DNA of 64,000 nucleotides from contig CAVUDP010000002.1 in assembly GCA_963740315.1 (NCBI GenBank), positions 576,001 to 640,000 on the forward strand, read 5' to 3'. Shown here piece after piece: positions 43,425 through 52,257 of this stretch. The notes beneath the pieces were generated by a model. It was given only the letters and a program-made list of their open reading frames with translations, searched no databases and was not told the origin of the DNA. Origin of the DNA: an uncultured cyanobacterium (GTDB lineage Bacteria > Cyanobacteriota > Cyanobacteriia > Cyanobacteriales > Nostocaceae). Numbering within the stretch: the first letter of the stretch is position 1; each line of letters opens with the position of its first letter. A program made the position numbers and the translations under genes.

Positions 43425-44333
43425 TTAGCCCAGTATCGGATAATGATTAACACCTGCTCCATATAGTTCAATAAATCTTCTATAGAGCGACATACTTTTA
43501 CAATTAGAAACTTTGCCTAATTTAAGCAAACTATCTCGATTTTTTTCAGCGAGATTGCGTAAATAGGGTAAATCTTCAAACAAAGTTAAGCAAGAAGCAA
43601 AGTGTAATAGTAACTGTAAAAATGGCTTAAACCATTCCAAATCGCTGTAAATATCAATAAAGAAATAATGCTCGTTTTCATTCAAAGGAACGGCATGAAA
43701 CATCACAGTTATTCTTTTTTGATTGTAAACCGGAATACTTAATTCTACAGTGTAGGGATTGTGCAAAATTAAATCTACCTCTACAGTCGGTTTTCTCCAA
43801 ATTCGTAAAGGATTAAAAGGAGAATCCAGCATAGTTTGAAATTTAATGACTCCACCATTCTCTGTAAGCTGAAAATCACTAATATTGACAACTTTCAAGT
43901 TATTTAAACTAAAATGATGAATGCTTTCTAAATGCTTTAAATTTAATAAATGATAAATTTGGCAAATATAAGGAAAAGGTAATATATATTCTTGACTAAT
44001 CATGTACCTTTGCTTTAACTCAGACTTTAAACCCAGATTATTACAGAGATTTCCTTGTAAAGCTAAGACATCACGTTCTTCTAGTGAATTTTCTGGTCTT
44101 AAAAACAGCCAGCTTGCAAAGAATAAAGAAGCTGTAAATAACTGTACGACTTCAATTACAGATATATAACCGTCAGCAAACGCAGCAAAACTTCTGTCGC
44201 CAATACCAAACAGCCAAGATGGAATACCAAATAGCCAAATACCGCTTCTGACTCTACCGATAATAAAAGCAATTTCTCTAACTTTATTATTTTTATTTTC
44301 AACCGATTCTGTTGTTGTAATATTATCTAGCAT
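43425..44333 (-). CDS. Hypothetical membrane-anchored protein
   Basis: 302-aa ORF with N-terminal hydrophobic segments; see finding on an oxygenase-like motif. Confidence 0.7.
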   Translation of the reverse strand: MLDNITTTESVENKNNKVREIAFIIGRVRSGIWLFGIPSWLFGIGDRSFAAFADGYISVIEVVQLFTASLFFASWLFLRPENSLEERDVLALQGNLCNNLGLKSELKQRYMISQEYILPFPYICQIYHLLNLKHLESIHHFSLNNLKVVNISDFQLTENGGVIKFQTMLDSPFNPLRIWRKPTVEVDLILHNPYTVELSIPVYNQKRITVMFHAVPLNENEHYFFIDIYSDLEWFKPFLQLLLHFASCLTLFEDLPYLRNLAEKNRDSLLKLGKVSNCKSMSLYRRFIELYGAGVNHYPILG

Positions 44334-44781
44334 GGGATATTACTTAATATTGGCATAGCACAAATTACCCCTCTCAAATAAAGAAAGAGGGTTTGTTTGA
44401 ATGCTGTTCTACCGGATAAAATTTACACTGCTTACAAAAAAAGTACGATGCACCAAGCAGACTAGCTTAAATAATTTTATTTACGTCCTCAAAAAAGACA
44501 TCAATAAACTAAATAGCATCTAGATAGACCTTAAGAATTAAATTAATTTTCCTTAATCTGCGAGTAAAAATATAGGGTATCAGGATACATATATATATTT
44601 TAGTAAAAAAATATTGACTTTTACGACGTTATATTAATTTATGTCTATAGCCTGACACATACCGAAGAGTCGAAAAATTGCATCAGTCTAAAGACAGTTA
44701 TTCAGTTAACAGTTAACAGTGAGCAGTGGAATGAGAGGGGGTAGAGGGGGTAGAGGGGGTAGAGGGGGTAGATAATTTTAC

Positions 44782-44947
44782 CGAAAACAATGGGTTTAAA
44801 GCCCCGTCCTTAAAGGACGGCTTTCTGATATAATAGTCGAAACAGGCAGGGCATTGTTTGTTGGGCGAGGCGACGTAAGACGGGCTATGCCTGCTGTTGC
44901 TGTTTGAACCCAGAATCCTCACGCCTTTAGGCTGAGGAGTATGTCAA
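44782..44947 (+). mobile_element. Non-autonomous IS200/IS605-family mini-element (no tnpA/tnpB)
   Basis: TTAC immediately upstream; AAAG + hairpin CCGTCCTT-AAGGACGG at the left end; GAAT + hairpin + AGTATGTCAA at the right end, the IS608-type layout. Confidence 0.85.
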
Positions 44948-45136
44948 AAGTAAGCTATTAGCAGGAAGGGAGTAAGAGTATTCGAGCAAATAATCGCTGG
45001 CAACCGAATCTGCCTTGGAATAAATTCCCAGGCTAATAGCGAAAGTCCTCTTAAGAGGACTAAATATACATTCACCGTGACAACCAACATCAAATCATTG
45101 TTCACTGATAACTGTTCACTGATAACTGTTAACTGC

Positions 45137-45937
45137 TCACTGTTTAGATGTCTGCATCGCAAACTGCATTAATCCGGGGAAGAATTTGTAAGCTGCTGAC
45201 ATTACCGAACCCGAACCAACTACTACTTCATCTTTTTGATGTTTTACCGCATCCCAAACTGCATCTGCAACATCTTCGGGTTTGCTTGCTGCTGGGGATT
45301 TTAGAAAACTACTCATAGAATTACGGCGTTTTTCGGCTTCTTGTTCGCTACTGCCGCGAAACTGCGCTCTTTCCATAAAATTACTGTCGGTAGCACTCGG
45401 ATGTACCGCACCTACATGAATACCTTTTGGTTTTAATTCTATCCGCAAAGTTTCCGTCAACCCCGTAATCGCGTACTTGCTGGTACAGTAAACCGTCATT
45501 TCCGGTAAAGGTAATTTACCACCGATAGAACCTACATTGATAATAGTTCCAGCACTGCGGACTAAAAAATGCGGTAAAATCGCGTGAATTGTGTGAATAT
45601 ATCCCCAAAGATTTACGTCTATGATTCGATGCCAGTCACTTAAAGTGGTATGTTCAATTGGTCCACTCATACAGACTCCGGCATTGTTAATTAAAACATC
45701 AATGCTGCCAAAGTATTCTAAAGCCTTTGATATCAAGTTATTTACTTCCGCTTCCTGACTGACATCGCAAGGCACAGCCAGTACCTTTGTTCCAATTAAC
45801 CGAACTTCCGCCGCCGTTGCTTCCAAAACTTCTGGCGATCGCGCACTTATTACTAAGTCATATCCTTTGCGGGCAAATAAAAGTGCCGTTGCTTTACCAA
45901 TTCCTTGAGAACCACCTGTAATAATTGCGGTAGGCAT
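45137..45937 (-). CDS. SDR family oxidoreductase
   Basis: TGGSQGIG, NNAG, YCTSK. Confidence 0.93.
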   Translation of the reverse strand: MPTAIITGGSQGIGKATALLFARKGYDLVISARSPEVLEATAAEVRLIGTKVLAVPCDVSQEAEVNNLISKALEYFGSIDVLINNAGVCMSGPIEHTTLSDWHRIIDVNLWGYIHTIHAILPHFLVRSAGTIINVGSIGGKLPLPEMTVYCTSKYAITGLTETLRIELKPKGIHVGAVHPSATDSNFMERAQFRGSSEQEAEKRRNSMSSFLKSPAASKPEDVADAVWDAVKHQKDEVVVGSGSVMSAAYKFFPGLMQFAMQTSKQ

Positions 45938-46069
45938 AACAAATAATGTCAATATTTATGTATCATTTCTTAATATTGTGGTTCATAAATTGCAAATAAT
46001 TATCTGTCATGCGACTGAAAATGAATTACGATGCTTTGCTACTCCCTACTCCCCGCTCCCTACTGCCTA

Positions 46070-46873
46070 TTAAGACATTGATTCCAAACGGTGACGTAGC
46101 TGGCTACTAATTGCATCAATAATTGTTACAACTACCAACAACACCAACATCATTGTTGTGGCTTTTGTATACTCAAATCCGTCGATGTAACTTTTGAGTT
46201 GAAAACCTATTCCACCCGCTCCTACTACACCTAAAACTGAAGCTGCGCGAATATTATACTCAAACATCCATAAGGTATACCCCAAACTCAAAGGTAATAT
46301 TTGTGGTAAAATGCCATACTGAGCGATTTGGCTGGGAGATGCGCCAATGACACGTAATGATTCAAGGCTGCGCGGATTTACGGCTTCGATAGCTTCTTGG
46401 TAAAATTTAGCTAAATACCCAATCGTATATATACTTAAAGCGAGCATTCCCGCAGGCGCACCTAATCCCGTAGCGGCAACAAATACTAAACCTAGAACAA
46501 TAGAAGGAACCGAGCGCACTGCATTTTGAAGTAAATTTGCTAAAGGGCGTAACCATTGAGGAGCGATATTTCGGGAACTCGCGATCGCAATGGGGAATGA
46601 GATAATTGCCCCGATAGTCGTTCCCCATAATGACATTTGAATAGTTTCGATTAAGGCTTTAATTGCAATATCAAGAACTTCTAAGTTAGGAGGAAATAAG
46701 CGTGAAATAAAATCAATAATATATGGATAACTATCTTTGAGCAAAGCAAAATCAACTTGTAATCCGCTTAAAGCCCATCGATATATAACTATAATAATTA
46801 CTAAAATAATTAACCGAACAATCCAAGTATAGCGATTCCAAAAGTTAGACCACAGCAAAGTCAGATTTTTCAT
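46070..46873 (-). CDS. phnE: Phosphonate/phosphite ABC transporter permease
   Basis: RSVPSIV, EAIEAV, FEYNIRAASVLGVVGAGGIG. Confidence 0.88.
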   Translation of the reverse strand: MKNLTLLWSNFWNRYTWIVRLIILVIIIVIYRWALSGLQVDFALLKDSYPYIIDFISRLFPPNLEVLDIAIKALIETIQMSLWGTTIGAIISFPIAIASSRNIAPQWLRPLANLLQNAVRSVPSIVLGLVFVAATGLGAPAGMLALSIYTIGYLAKFYQEAIEAVNPRSLESLRVIGASPSQIAQYGILPQILPLSLGYTLWMFEYNIRAASVLGVVGAGGIGFQLKSYIDGFEYTKATTMMLVLLVVVTIIDAISSQLRHRLESMS

Positions 46874-46921
46874 TTTAGATTAAGAATACAGAAAAAGGGG
46901 AGTGAGAGAATGCGATCGCAC

Positions 46922-47656
46922 TTAGGCAGGCATTTGAGCAAACTTTTCTTGAATTTGTTCGCAGGTTCCATCGTAGGAAATCTTTCCAGCATTCAAAATA
47001 ATGGCTCGATGGGCATATTCCTTAGCCATTCCTAAGTCGTGTAGCACTGCAACTACTGTGATTCCAGACACAGAATTAAGTTTTGAGAGGGTTTTCATCA
47101 CCTGTTGTGATGCAATAACATCTAATCCAGTTGTCGGTTCATCAGCAAGTAATATTTGTGGTGATTGAATTAAAGCTCGTGCGATCGCAACTCGTTGCTG
47201 TTGTCCACCACTAAGTTGGGAAACTTTTTGATATGCTTGTTCGCGTAATCCTAATTGTTCTAATAATTCTAATGCTTGATGACGGTGGTGTCTGGGAAAA
47301 CCAAATAAAGTTTGGCTCGTTTTTAAAGTTCCCAATTTACCGCACAAAACGTTATCAATCGCCGAAACTTGCCGAATTAAACCACCTCCTTGAAATAACA
47401 TCCCCACTTGACGACAAATTCCTGGTAGGGTGCGAGGGTTTAGTTCAATTCCATTGATTTCCACAGTACCCTGGGCAATTGGCATTAATCCCACGAACGA
47501 TCGCAACAAGCTAGATTTTCCCGCTCCATTTAATCCCAGCAATGCGACAAATTCACCACGATGGATGCGACAATCAATTCCGTTGAGAATCGGACGCTGT
47601 AAATTCTGAGAATAAACGCTTTTTAAACCCAAACACTCAATTACAGTTTCGTTCAT
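46922..47656 (-). CDS. phnC: Phosphonate/phosphite ABC transporter ATP-binding protein
   Basis: GLNGAGKS, LSGGQQQRVAIARAL, LADEP; lies between phnD-like and phnE-like genes. Confidence 0.85.
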   Translation of the reverse strand: MNETVIECLGLKSVYSQNLQRPILNGIDCRIHRGEFVALLGLNGAGKSSLLRSFVGLMPIAQGTVEINGIELNPRTLPGICRQVGMLFQGGGLIRQVSAIDNVLCGKLGTLKTSQTLFGFPRHHRHQALELLEQLGLREQAYQKVSQLSGGQQQRVAIARALIQSPQILLADEPTTGLDVIASQQVMKTLSKLNSVSGITVVAVLHDLGMAKEYAHRAIILNAGKISYDGTCEQIQEKFAQMPA

Positions 47657-47847
47657 GGGATGAAGGTAAGTGAAATTAATTTTACCGAACAGCGATTCCT
47701 AAATTGAGGATGGAGTAGATGCACCTCGATAGACAATATCAACATCAACTTAATGCTATTAATTCTTAAAAAAAGTCTTGAATTGTACCCTTTATCAGTT
47801 CAGGCTTTTTGTCAATTATTAGCAACAACTTGCTGATGTACGGTTAT

Positions 47848-48771
47848 TTAGGGTTCAATACCTATTCGTTGCAGCGCAGTACGAACGGGAGCAAGATGGC
47901 TATTATGGTTAACCCGTACTAACTTGGTCGAATTATACATGTTACGCAACAAGCCATTATTTCCTGGCTGGTTCAACTTCAACATTGCATTAATTAACTT
48001 ATTGCGATCTTGTACAGATACATCATCATCAATTGCTACACCGTGGGCAGGAACTCCACTAATTCTATAAAGTACTCGTAACTGCGATCGTTCTTGGTTG
48101 GTAATGTAGGGTGGAAACATCGCATATTCCGATACTGCTGCTGCATCTGCTTGTCCGCGCAAAACAGCCTGTAGAGCTTTACTGTAATTACCACCATAAC
48201 TAACCTGTCCAAAAAAACCGTCTAGACGATCTTTGTTAGGGACAAACCCCATTTTCACCAACTGACTAACTGGAAAAATAAAGCCACTACCCGATGTCGG
48301 AGAAGTAAAAGTCATCTTTTTAGCTTTGAGTTGCCCTAAAGTCGCTTTCGATTGTCCAGAACGTAACGAGCTATTTTTGGGAACGACAAAAACTGAATCA
48401 TAGGTATAGCCACCAGAGTAATTTTGGCGCACTTCTGCTAAGTACAACTTGGCATTTGCAAGCTGTTCTGCTTTTAAGGCTGGACGACTGCTCAAAAACG
48501 CTACATCTGCTCGATTCGCTCGTAACGCTTCCACAGCAGCTGTATCATCACCAATCTGAGCGCGAACATTCATTCCTGTTTCTTTAGATAGAAATGTTGC
48601 CATTGCATCAGCTTTGGTTTTTAAATCGGTTGAGTCCGAACGACTTGGGAAAACAACGTTAATCGTGCGTCTATTTTGAGCGAACAATTGCTGCGTACTT
48701 ACTCCCACTACAGACAAACCAGTAAGCGTAGCTAATGCTACACCTACAGCAATTTTCTTGCTAAGAGCCAT
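47848..48771 (-). CDS. phnD: Phosphate/phosphite/phosphonate ABC substrate-binding protein
   Basis: Signal peptide, SPTSGSGFIFP (STSG-like anion-binding loop), AVLRGQADAA. Confidence 0.82.
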   Translation of the reverse strand: MALSKKIAVGVALATLTGLSVVGVSTQQLFAQNRRTINVVFPSRSDSTDLKTKADAMATFLSKETGMNVRAQIGDDTAAVEALRANRADVAFLSSRPALKAEQLANAKLYLAEVRQNYSGGYTYDSVFVVPKNSSLRSGQSKATLGQLKAKKMTFTSPTSGSGFIFPVSQLVKMGFVPNKDRLDGFFGQVSYGGNYSKALQAVLRGQADAAAVSEYAMFPPYITNQERSQLRVLYRISGVPAHGVAIDDDVSVQDRNKLINAMLKLNQPGNNGLLRNMYNSTKLVRVNHNSHLAPVRTALQRIGIEP

Positions 48772-48809
48772 TCCCAGTACTCCTCTATAATAGTTATTGT
48801 TTTTGACGA

Positions 48810-48832
48810 TAGTTGCAAGTAATTTGCAACTA
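48810..48832. promoter_or_regulatory. Operator-like palindrome TAGTTGCAA-N5-TTGCAACTA
   Basis: Perfect 9-bp inverted repeat ~40 bp upstream of the phnD start. Confidence 0.5.
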
Positions 48833-48971
48833 ATCTGTATAGATATTGAAATAAACTGGTAATAAAGTCAATAGGCTTTTGTAGCTTTTAACTCAAGCAT
48901 GGGTAACTGATAATTCCACTACGAACGATATTTCTGTATCATTTCTTAATATTGTCGTTTATAAATTGCAA

Positions 48972-49463
48972 ATGATTATCCGTCATGCAACTGAAAATGA
49001 TTTACCCTATATTGTGGCGATATATAATGCTTCAATTCCCAGCCGTATGGCTACAGCGGATTTAGAACCAGTATCTGTAGCGAGTCGCGTGGATTGGTTT
49101 AAAAAGCGATCGCCGGTAAAACATCCTCTTTGGGTAATAGAAATCGGAGATGTAATTGCTGGATGGTTGAGTTTTCAGCCTTTTTATGGAAGACCAGCTT
49201 ATCACGCAACAGCCGAAGTAAGTATTTATATAGCTTCAAATTATCAGCGTCGCGGTTTGGGAAATAGACTTTTAAAAGAAGCGATTCGTCAAAGTCCTAA
49301 GTTAGGTTTAAATACCTTGATTGGATTTATTTTCGATCGTAATGAAGCGAGTTTAAAACTGTTTGAAAAATTCGGTTTTGAACGTTGGGGACATATGCCG
49401 GGAATTGCGGAGCTTGATGGTATAGAGTGTGGTTTGGTGATTTTGGGGTTGAGGGTTGGGTAA
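48972..49463 (+). CDS. GNAT acetyltransferase (phosphinothricin/methionine sulfoximine acetyltransferase-like)
   Basis: IYNASI, RPAYHATAEVSIY, QRRGLG, NEASLKLFEKFGF. Confidence 0.88.
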   Translation: MIIRHATENDLPYIVAIYNASIPSRMATADLEPVSVASRVDWFKKRSPVKHPLWVIEIGDVIAGWLSFQPFYGRPAYHATAEVSIYIASNYQRRGLGNRLLKEAIRQSPKLGLNTLIGFIFDRNEASLKLFEKFGFERWGHMPGIAELDGIECGLVILGLRVG

Positions 49464-49467
49464 TTGG

Positions 49468-49522
49468 AATACCTGGCGATTGAAATCGCGGCTACACAGG
49501 CAAAACCCACCTTCGTGGGTTT
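49468..49522 (+). repeat. REP-like double-hairpin element
   Basis: AATACCTGGCGATTGAAATCGCGGCTACACAGGCAAAACCCACCTTCGTGGGTT; near-identical copy at 50057-50110, related copies at 10724, ~32530 and ~52155 (reverse). Confidence 0.8.
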
Positions 49523-49569
49523 AATCAATGATCAATTTTTGTTTACTCCATATCATCACGAACAATTTA

Positions 49570-50049
49570 TTAAACATCGGTTTGGATAACAATATAATTC
49601 TCATCTTCTCCTAAAGCTTCATAACTTTTCTTAAATAGCTCAAAAGCATTTTCATCAATCCACAGGGAATCATTTGGTAAATTATTGCTTCTCTTCGCTA
49701 CACGTTTTTGCATAACCTCGTCAGAGCAGGTTACAAAATATAATTTCACCTCAGCATTCACGATTTTAGCTTTACAACGTGCTTCATCGCGAGATGCTCG
49801 ACTCCAAAAGCCAAAGTCTAAAATGACATCTTGACCTAAGCGAAGAAGTTGCATGGTAAGATTCCAAATTAAATCGGAAATTCGTTCATAGTAATCTGAA
49901 AATTTTTGTTCTTCTGGATTATTACCATAGAGTTTTACCATCCACTCATCATGAGTAAAACGTATAGCTGAAATATTTGTTTCTAGTTTTCGAGCAAAAG
50001 TTGTTTTACCTGCTCCTGCAAAACCATAAATCAAGTGGAGATTTGCCAT
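49570..50049 (-). CDS. Small P-loop kinase/AAA_33 family ATP-binding protein
   Basis: GFAGAGKTT, THDEW, DVILDFGFW...R. Confidence 0.85.
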   Translation of the reverse strand: MANLHLIYGFAGAGKTTFARKLETNISAIRFTHDEWMVKLYGNNPEEQKFSDYYERISDLIWNLTMQLLRLGQDVILDFGFWSRASRDEARCKAKIVNAEVKLYFVTCSDEVMQKRVAKRSNNLPNDSLWIDENAFELFKKSYEALGEDENYIVIQTDV

Positions 50050-50056
50050 TGATAAG

Positions 50057-50110
50057 AATACCTGGCGGTTGAAACCGCGTCTATACAGGGAAAACCCACC
50101 TCCGTGGGTT
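50057..50110 (+). repeat. REP-like double-hairpin element (direct repeat of 49468-49522)
   Basis: AATACCTGGCGGTTGAAACCGCGTCTATACAGGGAAAACCCACCTCCGTGGGTT; compensatory GCGAT/ATCGC to GCGGT/ACCGC change. Confidence 0.8.
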
Positions 50111-50123
50111 AATTGTAGTTAAT

Positions 50124-50318
50124 TGTAGGTTGGGTTAGACGCACAAGTAACTTATATGGATTACAAAAAATTTAAATGCGTCGTAACCCAACATCTGAGT
50201 TTTAGCTTTTTATAAAATGATTTTAAATTATTTTTAAGGTACATTAATATTTTTACGTTGAACGATTAAATTTTCTCTACATCATAATGTTGGGTTTCGT
50301 TCCTCAACCCAACCTACA
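50124..50318. repeat. REPIN-like element TGTAGGTTGGGTT...AACCCAACCTACA
   Basis: 13-bp perfect terminal inverted repeats with inner AACCCAACA/TGTTGGGTT arms. Confidence 0.85.
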
Positions 50319-50399
50319 AACTTTAATTTTAATTCTACTCATTCTTATAAATTTATTCCTAAGTCAACAGAAGATGATTTTAAAATTGCTGAATTTAAT

Positions 50400-50571
50400 T
50401 GTAGGTTGGGTTAAAGGCGCACTAATAATTTAGATGAATTATGAGTAATATAAACGCGCCGTAACCCAACATTTACGTTTTTATTTTGATGAGATAATTT
50501 CAAATAAATTTATAAATGAAGCTTTAGTATTATATCATGATGTTGGGTTTCGTTCCTCAACCCAACCTACA
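50400..50571. repeat. REPIN-like element, same family
   Basis: Same termini; first ~75 bp almost identical to the 51369 copy. Confidence 0.85.
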
Positions 50572-50647
50572 AACTACAACCGACTTCATAATCTAACACC
50601 CAAATTGAAACCAAATAATATATCATAAAATAGGTGCTATATTTTAA

Positions 50648-51268
50648 TTAAAAATCCATTTCTGCGGATTGAATAATCTGGTTTGCAGTTAATTTTAACT
50701 CAGGAAACGTTTTTAATTTTACAATTTCATCACCTTTATATAAAGTAATTTTATATTCACCGTTTTCTAACTGACAAACGGTAATAGTTGGTTGTTTTGG
50801 ATTACCAATAAACTTTTTACCACCTAATCCTAGATAATCAACAATCAAATATTCTGGGATGCCTATATCCTCGTATTCTTCAAATTTTACAGCATAGTCA
50901 TCACCCCAATTAGTGCTTACTATTTCTACTACTAACGCTATTGATTTGCTTTGTGATACTGTAGATTCTTTTTCATATAATGGTTCATTCTTTAAGTTAC
51001 GCTTATCTAATACCAATAAATCGGGTAAATAAGCTGATTCTTTTCCATCAGGTTTTATTAAAACTTTTGAAGGGATAAGTAATGGTAGATTTAAGCGGTC
51101 TAATTCTACATTTATTTTTCTAGATAAAAATGCAAAAACATTTTCATGCTTGCCAATAGGTTGAGCCACTTCAACAATTACCCCATCATATAATTCGTAA
51201 CATTTATTTTCCGGTTTCCACTTGACAAACTCTGCAAATGTTACTGTTTTGTTTAGCGTTTGAGTCAT
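50648..51268 (-). CDS. Uma2 (DUF820) family endonuclease-like protein
   Basis: YELYDGVIV, YLPDLLV, LVVEIVSTNWGDDY..K..EYE..GIPEY. Confidence 0.9.
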   Translation of the reverse strand: MTQTLNKTVTFAEFVKWKPENKCYELYDGVIVEVAQPIGKHENVFAFLSRKINVELDRLNLPLLIPSKVLIKPDGKESAYLPDLLVLDKRNLKNEPLYEKESTVSQSKSIALVVEIVSTNWGDDYAVKFEEYEDIGIPEYLIVDYLGLGGKKFIGNPKQPTITVCQLENGEYKITLYKGDEIVKLKTFPELKLTANQIIQSAEMDF

Positions 51269-51368
51269 GGGTATTATGTCCTCAAGATATTTAATCGTCG
51301 TGTTATGGCTAGCTGATATAAAGCTAGCTTTTTGATTATCTTCTCAACAGCTACCATTCCTAATAGAT

Positions 51369-51567
51369 TGTAGGTTGGGTTAAAGGCGCACTAATAATTT
51401 AGATGAATTACGAGTAATCTAAACGCGCCGTAACCCAACATTTAGGTTTTGGTTTTGATGAAATCTCAAATAAATTTATAAATCAATTGTAGTATTTGCT
51501 TTTGTATTGAATTCTTTGTTTTACTCTATATTATGATTTTGGGTTTCATTCCTCAACCCAACCTACA
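51369..51567. repeat. REPIN-like element, same family
   Basis: Same termini and internal GGCGC...GCGCC arms as the 50400 copy. Confidence 0.85.
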
Positions 51568-51587
51568 AATTACAAACTTTAATACCA

Positions 51588-52106
51588 TCACCAATTTCTC
51601 CCTTCCAATCTGGGGGTAGTATAAATTTCTCCATCAGCTAGGATAACTCTAACGGCATCATCCCAGACATTCGGAATATCCTCAGATCCAGTAAAATCAA
51701 CATCAATAAATAGATTATCTCCTTCATCAGCGATATCAGCCCAATTAGTTGTTCTTAAAGTGGTTTCTTTAAAATCAGCCATTCTAATATCGGTGTTTCG
51801 GAAAGAGGCTTCATCGGCATTACATTCATAAAAGCTAGCTCTAACTAAAATGCTACTGTCAAAATTAGCTCGGCATAGGTTGGCATTTTGAAACCTAGCT
51901 CCGTCCAAGTTAGCTTCTTTGAAACATGCTCCTTCCAAGTTGGCATTATCGAACATGGTATCCACTAATTTACACCTACTCAAGTTAGCTCTAACTAAAA
52001 TAATTCCAGTTAAATTCAAACTAGCTAATCTGACACCACTAAAATCAACTCCAGAAAAATCTCTTTCCCCGCTTTTGAATCTTTCTCGCAACTCGTTTCT
52101 ATCCAT
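51588..52106 (-). CDS. Pentapeptide repeat protein
   Basis: MDRNELRERFKSGERDFSG followed by ANL/A.F pentapeptide repeats. Confidence 0.88.
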   Translation of the reverse strand: MDRNELRERFKSGERDFSGVDFSGVRLASLNLTGIILVRANLSRCKLVDTMFDNANLEGACFKEANLDGARFQNANLCRANFDSSILVRASFYECNADEASFRNTDIRMADFKETTLRTTNWADIADEGDNLFIDVDFTGSEDIPNVWDDAVRVILADGEIYTTPRLEGRNW

Positions 52107-52257
52107 AATTCTTTATTTTTTGCACCATAGAAAACAAATAATTTACATATTATTAGCCCACGCAGGTGGGCTTTGTTTATGTAGCCCCACTATAAGGAGG
52201 GTGAGGGCATCGATTAAGCTCTAAAATAAATAAAACCCTTCATTCACCAACATCTGT

